Counted from the stretch's first letter, positions 10,560 through 21,637 are shown. The stretch: 28,922 nt of DNA from Octopus sinensis (GCF_006345805.1 NW_021833475.1:1-28922), one strand, 5' to 3'. The notes: generated by a model not told the origin, from the letters alone. Numbers and translations are program-made.

Positions 10560-11075
10560 GCATTCAGCATAAAATCATTAAAAGCTACAAACAACCTAAA
10601 TCACTTAAAAAGATTCTCACAAAGGCAAAATTGTTTTCTGAAATTACGGATGCAAAAGAAAAAAATGTGGTAGACCAAATTGCGCAACATGCCCAAACCT
10701 TCTAGAAGGATCAGAATTCCTTTTCAAAGAGGGACAAAAATTCAAGATCAGATCTAATTTTACTTGTGCTTCTGAAAACATAATTTATGTCATAAGGTGC
10801 TCGGGCTGCCACCAAAACTACGTGGGGTCCACGGGATTATCACTCAGACGAAGATGCACTCTGCATTCCCAGAATACAGAATGATACCCTTTACTGAGCA
10901 TATTGAGAAATGCGCAAAGCAACTACTATCACAATTTTTAATCTTTCCATTCTATCAATGTGCTATTGGAACACCAACACAAATTAGATTAAACAAGGAA
11001 ACATTCTTCATTGAAAAATATAAGCCTGAACTTAACCATCCTAACATTCTTATACAGAGAAACTCATCTCATTAA
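10560..11075 (+). pseudogene. Penelope-like element GIY-YIG endonuclease with Cys-rich linker (Neptune-like), two frameshifts
   Basis: Manual translation: KIIKSYKQPKSLKKILTKAK / KCGRPNCATCPNL...FTCASENIIYVIRCSGCHQNYVGSTGLSLRRR / PEYRMIPFTEHIEKC...FLIFPFY...RLNKETFFIEKYKPELN. It shows CxxC motifs, the IIY..YVG GIY-YIG equivalent and the terminal E.FFI..Y.P.LN motif. Confidence 0.85.
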
Positions 11076-11205
11076 AAAACGGGAAAAGAAATATAAAGCG
11101 ATTATCTCTCTTATACCAGAAGAAATCGCTTATTACCTCCCCCTGCCTGGAACTCTTCTGTGCACTGCATAACGAAGACATGACACGATGTAGGTAAAAA
11201 CATTT

Positions 11206-11244
11206 GAGAAATTTGAAAAGTTAACACGAAACCGGTAATTTCTC
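11206..11244 (+). ncRNA. Minimal type I hammerhead ribozyme candidate with U3-A8 covariant core
   Basis: GAGAAAU-UUGAAAA-GU(UAAC)AC-GAA-ACCGGU-A-AUUUCUC. Perfect 7-bp stem I, 2-bp stem II, palindromic stem III and a GUA cleavage triplet, about 130 nt downstream of the PLE ORF stop. Confidence 0.65.
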
Positions 11245-11412
11245 CAAAAACTATATTACTATATGCAAAATTGTTTAACATTCTTCTAACATAACGACTT
11301 AAATATATTCTTTAACCTTATAAAACAAGCCTTCTGTAGTTTATTCACTCTTTTCTATTTTCTATATATCCAACCACGTGCTTTCACAAACCAACTTTCT
11401 CACCTATGTATA

Positions 11413-11420
<8 letters not shown>

Positions 11421-11482
<62 letters not shown>
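11421..11482. repeat. (TA)n microsatellite
   Basis: Direct reading of the sequence. Confidence 0.95.
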
Positions 11483-11484
<2 letters not shown>

Positions 11485-11616
11485 CTCACCGAAATACACA
11501 TATCCGAACACGTTCGACTGCAATGATATCTGTGTGTGTGCGTGCGCGTGCGAGCGTGTATGTATATGTGTGTATATGTATCTGTAAGTACACACACATA
11601 CACACAAACATACAGT

Positions 11617-11706
11617 CCGCCAGGGAGGCATTAATACTGGGGTTCGATTCCCCGCCAGGGAGGCATTAATACTGGGGTTCGATTCCCCGCCGCGGAGGCT
11701 TTAATA
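11617..11706 (+). repeat. 35-bp tandem repeat (two identical units plus a diverged partial) derived from the tRNA-Asp 3' end
   Basis: Unit ccgccagggaggcattaatactggggttcgattcc at 11617-11651 and 11652-11686, partial unit at 11687-11706. Contains a perfect T-arm/B-box GGGG-TTCGATT-CCCC. Confidence 0.85.
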
Positions 11707-11849
11707 AAAGAGTAAAAGAGTATATGTATGTACATAGACAGATATGCAATTATATATACAATATATATATATATATATACACATAGATGGATATTTATAT
11801 ACATGGCTCCAAAGATAATATATACCACAACCGTTCTGATGATAATATG

Positions 11850-12340
11850 AATCATAAAAATAGACCTAGAAAAATATTTTGGTTCAGACCCCACTTCTCC
11901 CAAAATGTTAAAACTGACGTAAATCAGAGATCCCTGTATCTCTTAGATAAGCATTTTCTTTAAAATGATAAATGCAGGAAGATCTTCAGCAGACGCTCAA
12001 TTAAATTATCATACAGCTGCTGTCCCAATATAAAGAGCATCATTTCTTGTAAACACCGCCTACAGCCCACTCTCAATTATATTCTTTCCTACACTTGGAC
12101 TAAAGTAAAGCCACTAAACTGGCTAGCTACTTATGGAACTTGAAGACCAACTCCGTGCCACATACATTTAAGTGGAAAATCGTAGAAAAATCCATGCCAT
12201 AATTTGAGGGGTCTAAAAACTGCAACATATGCGTAGCTGAAAAATCACATACTTTTTAGATTTAAGAATTCCACCGCACTTCTGAATTGCAGATTAGAAA
12301 ATTTTAGCAAATACAAACAGGAAACGTATGAACAAGTTTC
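11850..12340 (+). pseudogene. Second Penelope-like relic (different lineage), post-RT region and endonuclease C-terminus with internal deletion
   Basis: RKIFWFRPHFSQNVKTD...LLDKHF*...KIFSRRSIKLSYSCCPNIKSII, then FKWKIVEK...SKNCNICVAEK...LLNCRLENFSK. These match the recalled PLE motifs IWFNPPFS.NVKT, KLSYSC.PN, KW.I...C.LC..EK and LLNKRSE. Confidence 0.75.
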
Positions 12341-12851
12341 TTTTGGTGAATTAGAGAACATCATCCTCTCCGGATTGAGAAGCTGTATCGTTGATTCTAC
12401 ACCAACTCACTTTATGATTTTAGGTCTAAAGGGACATAACTCTTATTCACTTCTTTTTTTTGTTTCTTCTTTCCGTTTCTTTCTCCCTTCCAATATTTGC
12501 ACCCGCCTTCCTCTCGTTTTTCACGTGAATTCTTTTGTTCTATTGTCCTCAGTTTTAACGTGCATAGGCCGTGTGCTCAGGGACTCAAGATTGCTCAAGG
12601 ACAAAAAACATGCTTAGAAAGCATCTTCAATTTATGAAAGTTTTAGTCGCTCATAACAATATACTGTATATATTACACTCACACACACACACACACACAC
12701 ACACAAGCACACATATATAAGTATGTTAATTTATTTATCTACCTATTATCTATCTACATATTTATCTATCTACATATTATCTATCTACCTATTTATCTAT
12801 CTACATATAAGTCAACACACAGACAGATATATATATATTATATATATGTAT

Positions 12852-13061
12852 AGCCTTTAGTCGAGCTTATAGACCCTAGGACTAATTCTTTGTAAGCCTA
12901 GTACTTATTCTATCGGAGCCCTTTTGCCGAACTGCTAAATAACGGGGACGTAGACATACCGATATCGGTTGTCAAGCGATGGTGGGGGACAAACACAGAC
13001 ACACAAACATATAGATACATACATACACACACACACAAACACACACACACACACACACACT

Positions 13062-13105
<44 letters not shown>

Positions 13106-13264
13106 TACGACGGGCTTCTTTCAGTTTCCGTCTACCAAATCCACTCACAAGGCTTTGGTAGGCCCGAGGCTATAGTAGAAGACACTTGCCGAAGGTGCCA
13201 CGTAGTGGGACCGAATCCGAAACCAAGTGATTGGAAAACAAGCTTCTTAACACATAGCCGCCCC

Positions 13265-13266
<2 letters not shown>
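12852..13266 (-). mobile_element. tRNA-derived SINE (family A), near full length
   Basis: Body, internal (CA)n(TA)n, and head (tacgacgggcttctttcagtttccgtctaccaaatccactcacaaggctttgg...gtgggaccgaatcc). Confidence 0.9.
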
Positions 13267-13301
<35 letters not shown>

Positions 13302-13339
13302 TGCATATATGTGTATATATATAGAAACAAACGCACACG

Positions 13340-13370
<31 letters not shown>

Positions 13371-13412
13371 TATACATATACAGACATATGGAGAGAGGGA
13401 TAGACAGACAGC

Positions 13413-13413
<1 letters not shown>

Positions 13414-13472
<59 letters not shown>

Positions 13473-13498
13473 GAGATAGATAGATAGATAGATAGATA
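13414..13498. repeat. (GATA)n microsatellite
   Basis: Direct reading of the sequence. Confidence 0.95.
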
Positions 13499-14213
13499 AA
13501 AAAAACAAATAGGTGGTGTGAGCGAAAGGGAGAGAGAGAAAGGGGAAAAGGAGGGAAATAACTTCACTGATAAGGTGATGTTTTGTTATTATTAGTTGTT
13601 GTTTTAAATCGATTTGTCTTTGACAGCTGTCTGCAATGGCCCAATGATCTCCTACATTCACCTCAGTAAACTTGATTTACCTATACAAAATTTCGCAAAT
13701 TTTCCCTACTTTTTTTTCTTAATTTTCTTTTATTGTATATTGTTTATGTTTCTATTTCTTCTTCTCTTCGTATTTATTTAATTATTTTTGGTTTTGTTCC
13801 TGCTTTTGTAGTTAGTATTAGTACTAGTATTATTGCATATTTTGTTTACATATGTCTGTGAAGGTATTTGTGTTTGCGTGTATGCTTGTGTATGTGTGTA
13901 TTTGCACGCGCTTGTGGGCGTATGTGTGTGTTTGCTTGTGCGTTTACACTTTTTAAACTTTTGTTTTTATCCTCAAATCTTTCGTTTGTTATTTAACCTT
14001 GTCAAGATAAATGCAGCACCATGACTCAAATAGACACGCAGGCATCCGACCCCACCCACCAACCCATATATACACGAATATATATGAATATGCATATATA
14101 CATATCAATACATATATACGTACATACATATATGCCAATAATATTTACACATGCATGTATTATATAGTGTTTATATACATACTTACACACACATACACAC
14201 ACACACACACATA

Positions 14214-14216
<3 letters not shown>

Positions 14217-14246
<30 letters not shown>

Positions 14247-14330
14247 TGTATGTATGTATGTATGTATGTATGTATGCATGTGTGTATGTATGCATGTATG
14301 TATGCATGTATGTATGTATTTATGTATGCA
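14217..14330. repeat. (TATG)n microsatellite
   Basis: Direct reading of the sequence. Confidence 0.9.
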
Positions 14331-14334
14331 TGTA

Positions 14335-14416
14335 TAGGTTCAGTCATAGTAGTGTTGTAAGAAGTTTGCTCCTAAAGCACATGGTTCCAAGTTCGGTCCC
14401 ATTGCGTGGTATCTTG

Positions 14417-14422
<6 letters not shown>
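14335..14422 (+). mobile_element. SINE family A head only
   Basis: gtaagaagtttgct...cacatggttccaagttcggtcccattgcgtggtatcttggcaagtg. Confidence 0.75.
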
Positions 14423-14449
<27 letters not shown>

Positions 14450-14484
14450 GTGATGAGGTTATATATATATATATATATATATTT

Positions 14485-14630
14485 CCTTCTCGAGCCATAC
14501 CAGACTCATGATGGTCGGTTTCAGTATATACTCCCCATCTATGCGGAACGACGGTCCGTCGCAGGATTATTCATTTTTGAGTGAACTGGAGCAACATGAA
14601 ATGAAGTGTTTTGCTCAAGAACACCCGGTC
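14485..14630 (-). mobile_element. SINE family B fragment
   Basis: gagtgaactggagcaacatgaaatgaagtgttttgctcaagaacac is shared with 28185-28215. Confidence 0.65.
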
Positions 14631-15399
14631 CTCTCACTTTCCTTATAAAGTTAAAGTCTGAAAGACTTGGCCAAATTGAAAGGTGTCTACCTTCAGCTCT
14701 CTCTGTCTGGTCCATCACAAAACCAGACAGAAAAAAATGTCTCCTGTTCTCTCACGGCCAAAGGAAGTTGGCCGGTTATCTTCACGATGGACTCAGTAGA
14801 TAGTTTGATTCCGGTAGCACTGTCTGGCCAAAGACTCCTGGAAATTATACGTGGGTTACCCGGAACCATCCAGCCAGTTGATTCGCGTCAACGCCCAGAG
14901 TTACCCCGAAAGCGTCGTCGGACTTTCTCACCATAAACCTCCTGTCGAATGTCAAAGTGGAACATCCACTAATCTCATTGCCCTACTGACAGAGGACCGT
15001 GCGTGCCTAACTACACTCTATACGCCAATTCTCCCTGCCTCAGTCTACGCTTGATTCACGTCTGCACCACTGTTAAAGAGACGAAGTGTGCAAAAGTCCG
15101 TCTACCAAATGACGGCCATACCTGTTCCTTGTGAAGGAAACGCTGGAGATCTCGCAGCCTCGGCGAATGTGTGTGTGTGTGCTTTGTCTTTTATTCAGTG
15201 AGTATTGACAAAAATAAAGCGTCTGACCTGTGGAACACTTCCCTTCCGGAGAAAGAAGAGGAGCAGGCGCTCCAGCCCGGTGAAACGTTAACTGGGGCAA
15301 AGTGCGGCGGCTAGATGATAATATGTGACAGAGGCGATGAAATTGTTTGCTCTCACTATCTAAACTTTAAAGAAAGCTTTCCCTCAGCCCGACTTTTTT

Positions 15400-16075
15400 T
15401 TTTGTGATTTAGGCCACCCTGCTCCTCGCTGCGTCTCAGTTCTTGTCCGCTGGAGGACTGGACCAAATCAACCCTAAGCAATGTAGCTGCTTCATCCGTC
15501 CAGCGCCATGCGACGCTGTTGCACAGCATGGAACTCCTTCACCCCGCTCCGAGCTGAAGCTTTACTGACTCTTTTGGTTGAATTTTGCTGTTACCATCGC
15601 CTCGTAGTCTCTTAGAGCAGTGACGACCACTTCGATGTGCTTGGTCAAACCGGTATAGTTTAACACTAACTAAACATTCAATGATATCGCAAAAAAACTG
15701 ACGGGCTGTATACAAATTAGCTGTTAATGACGGAAGCATTAGTCTTCCCACTTCTCTTGGATGTGCTGTTGTGAACGGCAGAGGCTGCGGTAATCTTCCT
15801 GAGAAAACATCTCGTATAGATGTTAAGTCCTAAAAAGTACAGATTTCTCAGGCGGCTTTTGCGGTTTTTCGATCTCGTAATCGGTGGTAGGATGCCTGTT
15901 GCTGATAATGCGCAAACTTTGCAGAAATCACATGATACCACAAGCCATCCGACGGTGCTGATGAAATTTCGTTTGTCGATTATAATCTGAGCTTTTTAGC
16001 ACTTAACAAGATGGTTTGCCAAAACGATTACCTCAACCTGCGGCGTTCAAAACAACTCACCAAAGTTAAGTTGGA
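15400..16075 (-). pseudogene. Highly degenerate RTE-like reverse transcriptase C-terminal half
   Basis: Across frameshifts on the minus strand: LIQLNFGELF...LANHLVKC*KAQIIIDKR...PPI...RNLYFLG...ITAASAV...KR...LY...W*...QQRR. This follows the order of RT5-RT7/thumb motifs (LLYADD, GL.IN..KT, F.YLG, RI.KAS.AF, LLY, W...RRLRW). Confidence 0.45.
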
Positions 16076-16919
16076 TAAGCAAATTAATAATTATTACAGA
16101 GGTTATTTCTGTCACTAACTCCTAATGTTTGTGTGAGTGGGTGTGTGTGTGTGCACATACACATATATCTGCATGTATGTATGTATGTATGTATGTATGT
16201 ATGTATGTATGTATGTATGGATGGATGGATGGATGTATGTATGTATGTATGTATGTATGTATGTATAGATGGATGTATACGTATGTATGTATTTATGTAT
16301 GTCTGTATGTATATATGTATGTACATGTGCAAGGTACATTCTAGTTCCTGTAATCGCTGTATCTTTGTGTTGATTCATCAATATATTCATCTTTCCAGCT
16401 TACTGATTGTTTTTCTATCTATCATCATATCTACCATTCTCTTTATCTGCATCATACAAATTCATACTTAACATCAATTACACTCTCGATATTTAATACT
16501 ATTAAACAAATCTGAAAGAAAATTAAATAATTTCCCAAGAAAAAGAAATTTATATTTGAAAACAAATTATAATTTAATGTGAAAAACAAAAAGCAAAATC
16601 GATCCGGCTTTAAATTTTACATATGCTGTTGTGGACGTAATTCACTTGGTATATTATTTTAGCTTTGTGTATATTTATTTTTGTGTTGTTTGTCCATGGT
16701 TGTTTTAGTTGTTGATACTGTTTACTTGTTTTTATCTTTGTACTTTCAACGATTTGAATTTAAACTTTAGCTACGTTTTGTTTTCTATCATTGCCGATCT
16801 CTCCTTAAATTTCACACACAATTACACACACACACACACCATCTTTCATTCTTCTGTTTCTTGTTCCCCTCTCTTTAGTTTCTGTACATTCTTTGTCTTC
16901 TCCCCCTATGATTTGTAAA

Positions 16920-17860
<941 letters not shown>

Positions 17861-18661
17861 TGTGTGTGTGTTTGTGTGAGCTTATGCACATGTATATATC
17901 TGTATTCTCATGACTCTAAACCCATGAAAAAACTGAGGTTTCTATACTTAGATATATATTGAAACGACAGTTTTAGATGCACAATACACCTTTAATACAC
18001 GACACAAGATGAAGAAAAGCTGTTGAGTAAAATTCATGACCAGGTTTCGGTTCCACATTGAATCTAATACCTAACGCTAGCTTCGATCTTTTCAAGAACA
18101 CGTCAAATACACATACGTACGCAAATACCCGCATATACACGCACTCATACTCATACATGCCCTCGTCTCTCGAACAAATGTATGCTTTTCTGATCGAGGG
18201 GCCAATATCATAATAAAATACACAAATTGCATATATTCCTTCCTTGCATATATGCATCAGTGTGCGCATATATATATGTGCGTGTGTGTCTGTGTCTGCG
18301 TGCGTGCGTGCGCGTGTGTGCGTGCGTGCGAGTGTGTGTGTATTCTGTATATTAAGGTGTTCTATTCAATTTGTTTATCTGCATAATTGCCTCCATATCC
18401 GCTCAACCTGATCCCTTTTATAACCATTCTTTGCCCTGTAAAGACATCGGAGTCTAAGTTTGAATCATTTGAGCGCTACCAAGTGACTTTTTTAATGAGA
18501 ATCTCTGGATTTCATCTGTTGACTCTCTCTCACTCTCACTCACTCAGTCTTTCTCTCTCTCTCTCTCCCTACACAAACACACACCACACACACACACACC
18601 ACACACACACACACACACATATATATAATAGATATATAATATATTATATATATATATATAC

Positions 18662-18983
18662 AGGCGCAGATGTGGGGTGTGGTAAGAAGCTTGCTTCCCA
18701 ACCACATGTTCCGGGTTCACTCTCACTTCGTGGCAACCTTCGGAAGTGTCTTCTACTATAGCCTCAGGCCGATTAGAGCCTTTTGGGTGGATTTGCCAGA
18801 CGGAAACTATGTGTGTGTGCCTTTGTGTCTGTGTTTGTCCCTACACCATCGCTTGACGACCTATGTTAGTATGTCTCCGGAACATAGCGGTTCAGAATAA
18901 GAGACCGATAGAATAAGTACTAGGCTTACAGCAGATAAGTTTTCCGCAGTCAAATGGCGGAAACCTGTAACAAAGAAGAGAGT
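18662..18983 (+). mobile_element. tRNA-derived SINE (family A) with internal deletions
   Basis: Head aggcgcag...gtgtggtaagaagcttgcttcccaaccacatgttccgggttcactc, body gagaccgatagaataagtactaggcttaca, tail gaagagagta. Confidence 0.9.
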
Positions 18984-18999
18984 ATATATATATATGTAA

Positions 19000-19195
19000 C
19001 CGCGTGTGTATCGATTTTCTTTCTCCGTCTTCCCTTCCTTGGACCTTTTCTTTTTCTATGTTTCTGGCGAAGAGCTCCGCTCGAAACTTAAATTCTTCCT
19101 TCTTTTCTTTCCTGAGCGTCCAATAATACTATATTTGTTCCATGTCCTCGCGTTGTTGAGTTTTCTCTTTGTTCATGTTTGGATTAACAATATAT
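19000..19195 (+). mobile_element. Non-coding PLE-derived unit carrying a hammerhead-like motif
   Basis: A pyrimidine-rich leader, then UGUUU-CUGGCGA-A-GAGC(UCC)GCUC-GAAAC-UUA-AA at 19059-19092, then a T-rich tail ending in (TA)n. No ORF. Confidence 0.55.
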
Positions 19196-19198
19196 ATA

Positions 19199-20365
19199 TT
19201 TATATATATAAAACTGAGAATGTGTATCTGTCTGTCTGTCTGTCTGTCTGTGTGTTTCTTTAAAACTTGAGAACTACACAACCAATTTCATTCAAATTTT
19301 ACACATGCCTTACTTAGGGTCGGGGGAGTGTCATCATTTTTTTTACTTTTTGCCTAGGGCGAGCCCACAGCAATGTCATATCTTCTCCACTACGATTCCC
19401 TAAAACTTGAGAACTACACAACCAATTCCATTCAAATTTTACACATGCCTTACTTAGGGTCCATGTAGTTTCATAGGAAAAAATGTTCAACTTCTTGCCT
19501 AGAGCGAGCCCATAGCAATATCATATCTTCTCCACTATTTCAGTATTACGTGTTAAAAGTGAAACAAAAACGTTTCTCTATTTTATGTCAGATACTTTCA
19601 CTTTAACAATAAAAATAATAATAATAATTGGATTATATGTAGTAAGTAATAATTAAAATCAAACTAAAGTAACATAGCAAAAATAAAAATAGCAATTGGC
19701 ATAAAATTGCATCAATGATTTGAACTTGAATAAGTGGTTTCACATGAATGGGAATAAATTAAAAATAAAATTAGCATGCAGAAATGGAATAGTCCAGATG
19801 GATAATAAAAAATTAAATTAAAGAAAAGACTATTGTCTATAAAGTATACAATGTAGAGAAAAAAGAAGATTTGAACACATGGAGGAAAGCACATTCAAAA
19901 AGTGTCTTGGTGCGACTATGAAAGGTATCTAATCAGAGGCGGTAAATTCGCCACAATAGAAGCAAGGTTCGAGTCAACGGAGCATGCAAGGGAGTACTCG
20001 ACTCGAACTTGCAAAGTTGAAATATTTTACTTTTACCTTTATATCTGGGACGTAGGACGTCCCGGAAAAAATTTAAAATGCCCCCTCCCTCCAGAAGTAG
20101 AGGTAGGCTAGATTGTAGCCACACTTCTATACAAGAGGGAGGACAAGATACAATTGATCGAAATTACAAGAGACGGGCTAACAATTCCAGTCTGTTATAT
20201 ATTTTGAGTATTGTTATCACTAACGATATCAAGATATAACTTTGTATCTTGTATTTTATGTGTAGATGTATATATATAGATGTACATGTAATATGTACAC
20301 ATAAATATACACATATATACATGCACTAGCACTATGACCCGGCAACGACGGGTCTTTAATGCTAG
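19199..20365 (+). mobile_element. Non-autonomous Helitron/Helentron-like element
   Basis: 5' T(C>T)TATATATATAAAAC followed by (CTGT)n. 3' hairpin GACCCG-gcaacga-CGGGTC at 20336-20354, 7 nt upstream of terminal CTAG at 20362-20365 and followed by T. Sits in TA context. Confidence 0.7.
19261..19537 (+). repeat. 140-bp tandem duplication inside the Helitron-like element
   Basis: 19261-19320 and 19401-19460 differ at 1 of 60 positions; the remaining halves are more diverged. Confidence 0.9.
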
Positions 20366-20380
20366 TATATATATATATAT

Positions 20381-20787
20381 ACTCTTTACTCTCTTTTACT
20401 CTTTTACTTGTTTCAGTCATTTGACTGCGGCCATGCTGGAGCACCGCCTTTAATCGAGCAAACTCGATCCCGGGACTTATTCTTTTGTAAGCCCAGTACT
20501 TATTCTATCGGTCTCTTTTGCCGAACCGCTAAGTAACGGGGACATAAACACACCAGCATCGGCTGTCAAGCAATGCTAGGGGGACAAACACAGACACACA
20601 CACACTCATATATATATACATATATACGACGGGCTTCTTTCAGTTTCCGTCTACCAGATCCACTCACAAGGCTTTGGTCGGCCCGAGGCTATAGTAGAAG
20701 ACACTTGCCCAAAGTGCCACGCAGTGGGACTGAACCCGGAACCATGTGGTTGGTAAACAAGCTACTTACCACACAGCCACTCCTGCA
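20381..20787 (-). mobile_element. tRNA-derived SINE (family A), full length, least diverged copy
   Basis: On the minus strand: head with A-box tggctgtgtgg and B-box ggttcagtccc, complete body, and (AAAGAGT)n tail. Confidence 0.95.
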
Positions 20788-21015
20788 CTTTTATTCTTTT
20801 ACTGGTTTCAGTCATTTGGAGCACCGCCTTTAGTCGAGCAAATCGACCCCAGGACTTATTCTTTGAAAGCCTAGTACTTAGTCTATTGGTCTCTTTTGGC
20901 GAATCGCTAAGTTACGGGGACGTACACACATCAGCATCGGTTGTCATGTGATGTTGGGGGGACAAACACAGACACACAAACATACACACACACACACAAT
21001 AATACATACATATAT

Positions 21016-21047
<32 letters not shown>

Positions 21048-21215
21048 TATAATATACATATATACGACGGGCTTCTTTCAGTTTCTGTATGCAAATCTAC
21101 TCACAAGGCTTTGGTCGTCCGAGGCTATAGTAGTGGCCAAGGTGCCACGCAGTGGGACTGAACCAGAACCATGTGGTCGTAGCATGCCACTTACCTCACA
21201 GCCACTCTACGCCTA
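20788..21215 (-). mobile_element. tRNA-derived SINE (family A), tandem with the previous copy
   Basis: Same body and head; its tail abuts the head of the 20381-20787 copy. Confidence 0.9.
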
Positions 21216-21218
21216 TAA

Positions 21219-21249
<31 letters not shown>

Positions 21250-21369
21250 ATGTATGTATGTATGTATATATATATATATATATATTATATATATGAAGTA
21301 TATATAATATAATATATATATATATAATATATTATATATATAATATATATATGTATATATATATAATAT

Positions 21370-21414
<45 letters not shown>

Positions 21415-21449
21415 TATTATATTATATATATATATATATAATTTTTTAA

Positions 21450-21480
<31 letters not shown>
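21215..21480. repeat. Imperfect (TA)n/(TATAA) tract
   Basis: Direct reading of the sequence. Confidence 0.9.
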
Positions 21481-21486
21481 TTATTT

Positions 21487-21637
21487 AAAAGCAGCAAAAA
21501 TATCACAAAAAACTTTACTCAGAGTTTCACATTTCCGTTCGTCGGATAGATTTGTTTAGAATTATAAACAAAAACCTCCGACGAATGGGAACGTGAAACA
21601 CTGAGTAACAGTCTTTATGATAATTTTACTGCTTTTT
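21487..21637. ncRNA. Head-to-head pair of hammerhead-like motifs forming a ~150-bp imperfect palindrome
   Basis: Plus strand: CCGACGA-AUG(GGAA)CGU-GAAAC-ACUGA-GUA at 21578-21607. Minus strand: CCGACGA-ACG(GAAA)UGU-GAAAC-UCUGA-GUA at 21545-21516. The arms are roughly 80% identical by eye. Confidence 0.65.

Noticed and set aside
11617-11706. Calling the 35-bp repeat a tRNA gene or a CRISPR array
   Set aside because: Only the T-arm and 3' acceptor strand are present, the units are contiguous with no spacers, and the context is eukaryotic. The SINE heads likewise lack full cloverleaves.
12585-12655. Possible hammerhead remnant after the second PLE relic
   Set aside because: Too degenerate; no consistent core and stems could be drawn.
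13600-13672. Acceptor tttgtctttgacag with a possible 39-nt exon (13627-13665)
   Set aside because: The donor (CA|gtaaac) is weak and the peptide is not recognised.
14650-15400. GC-richer block next to the RTE-like relic
   Set aside because: Probably an old repeat, but no motif could be assigned in any frame, so it is left uncalled.
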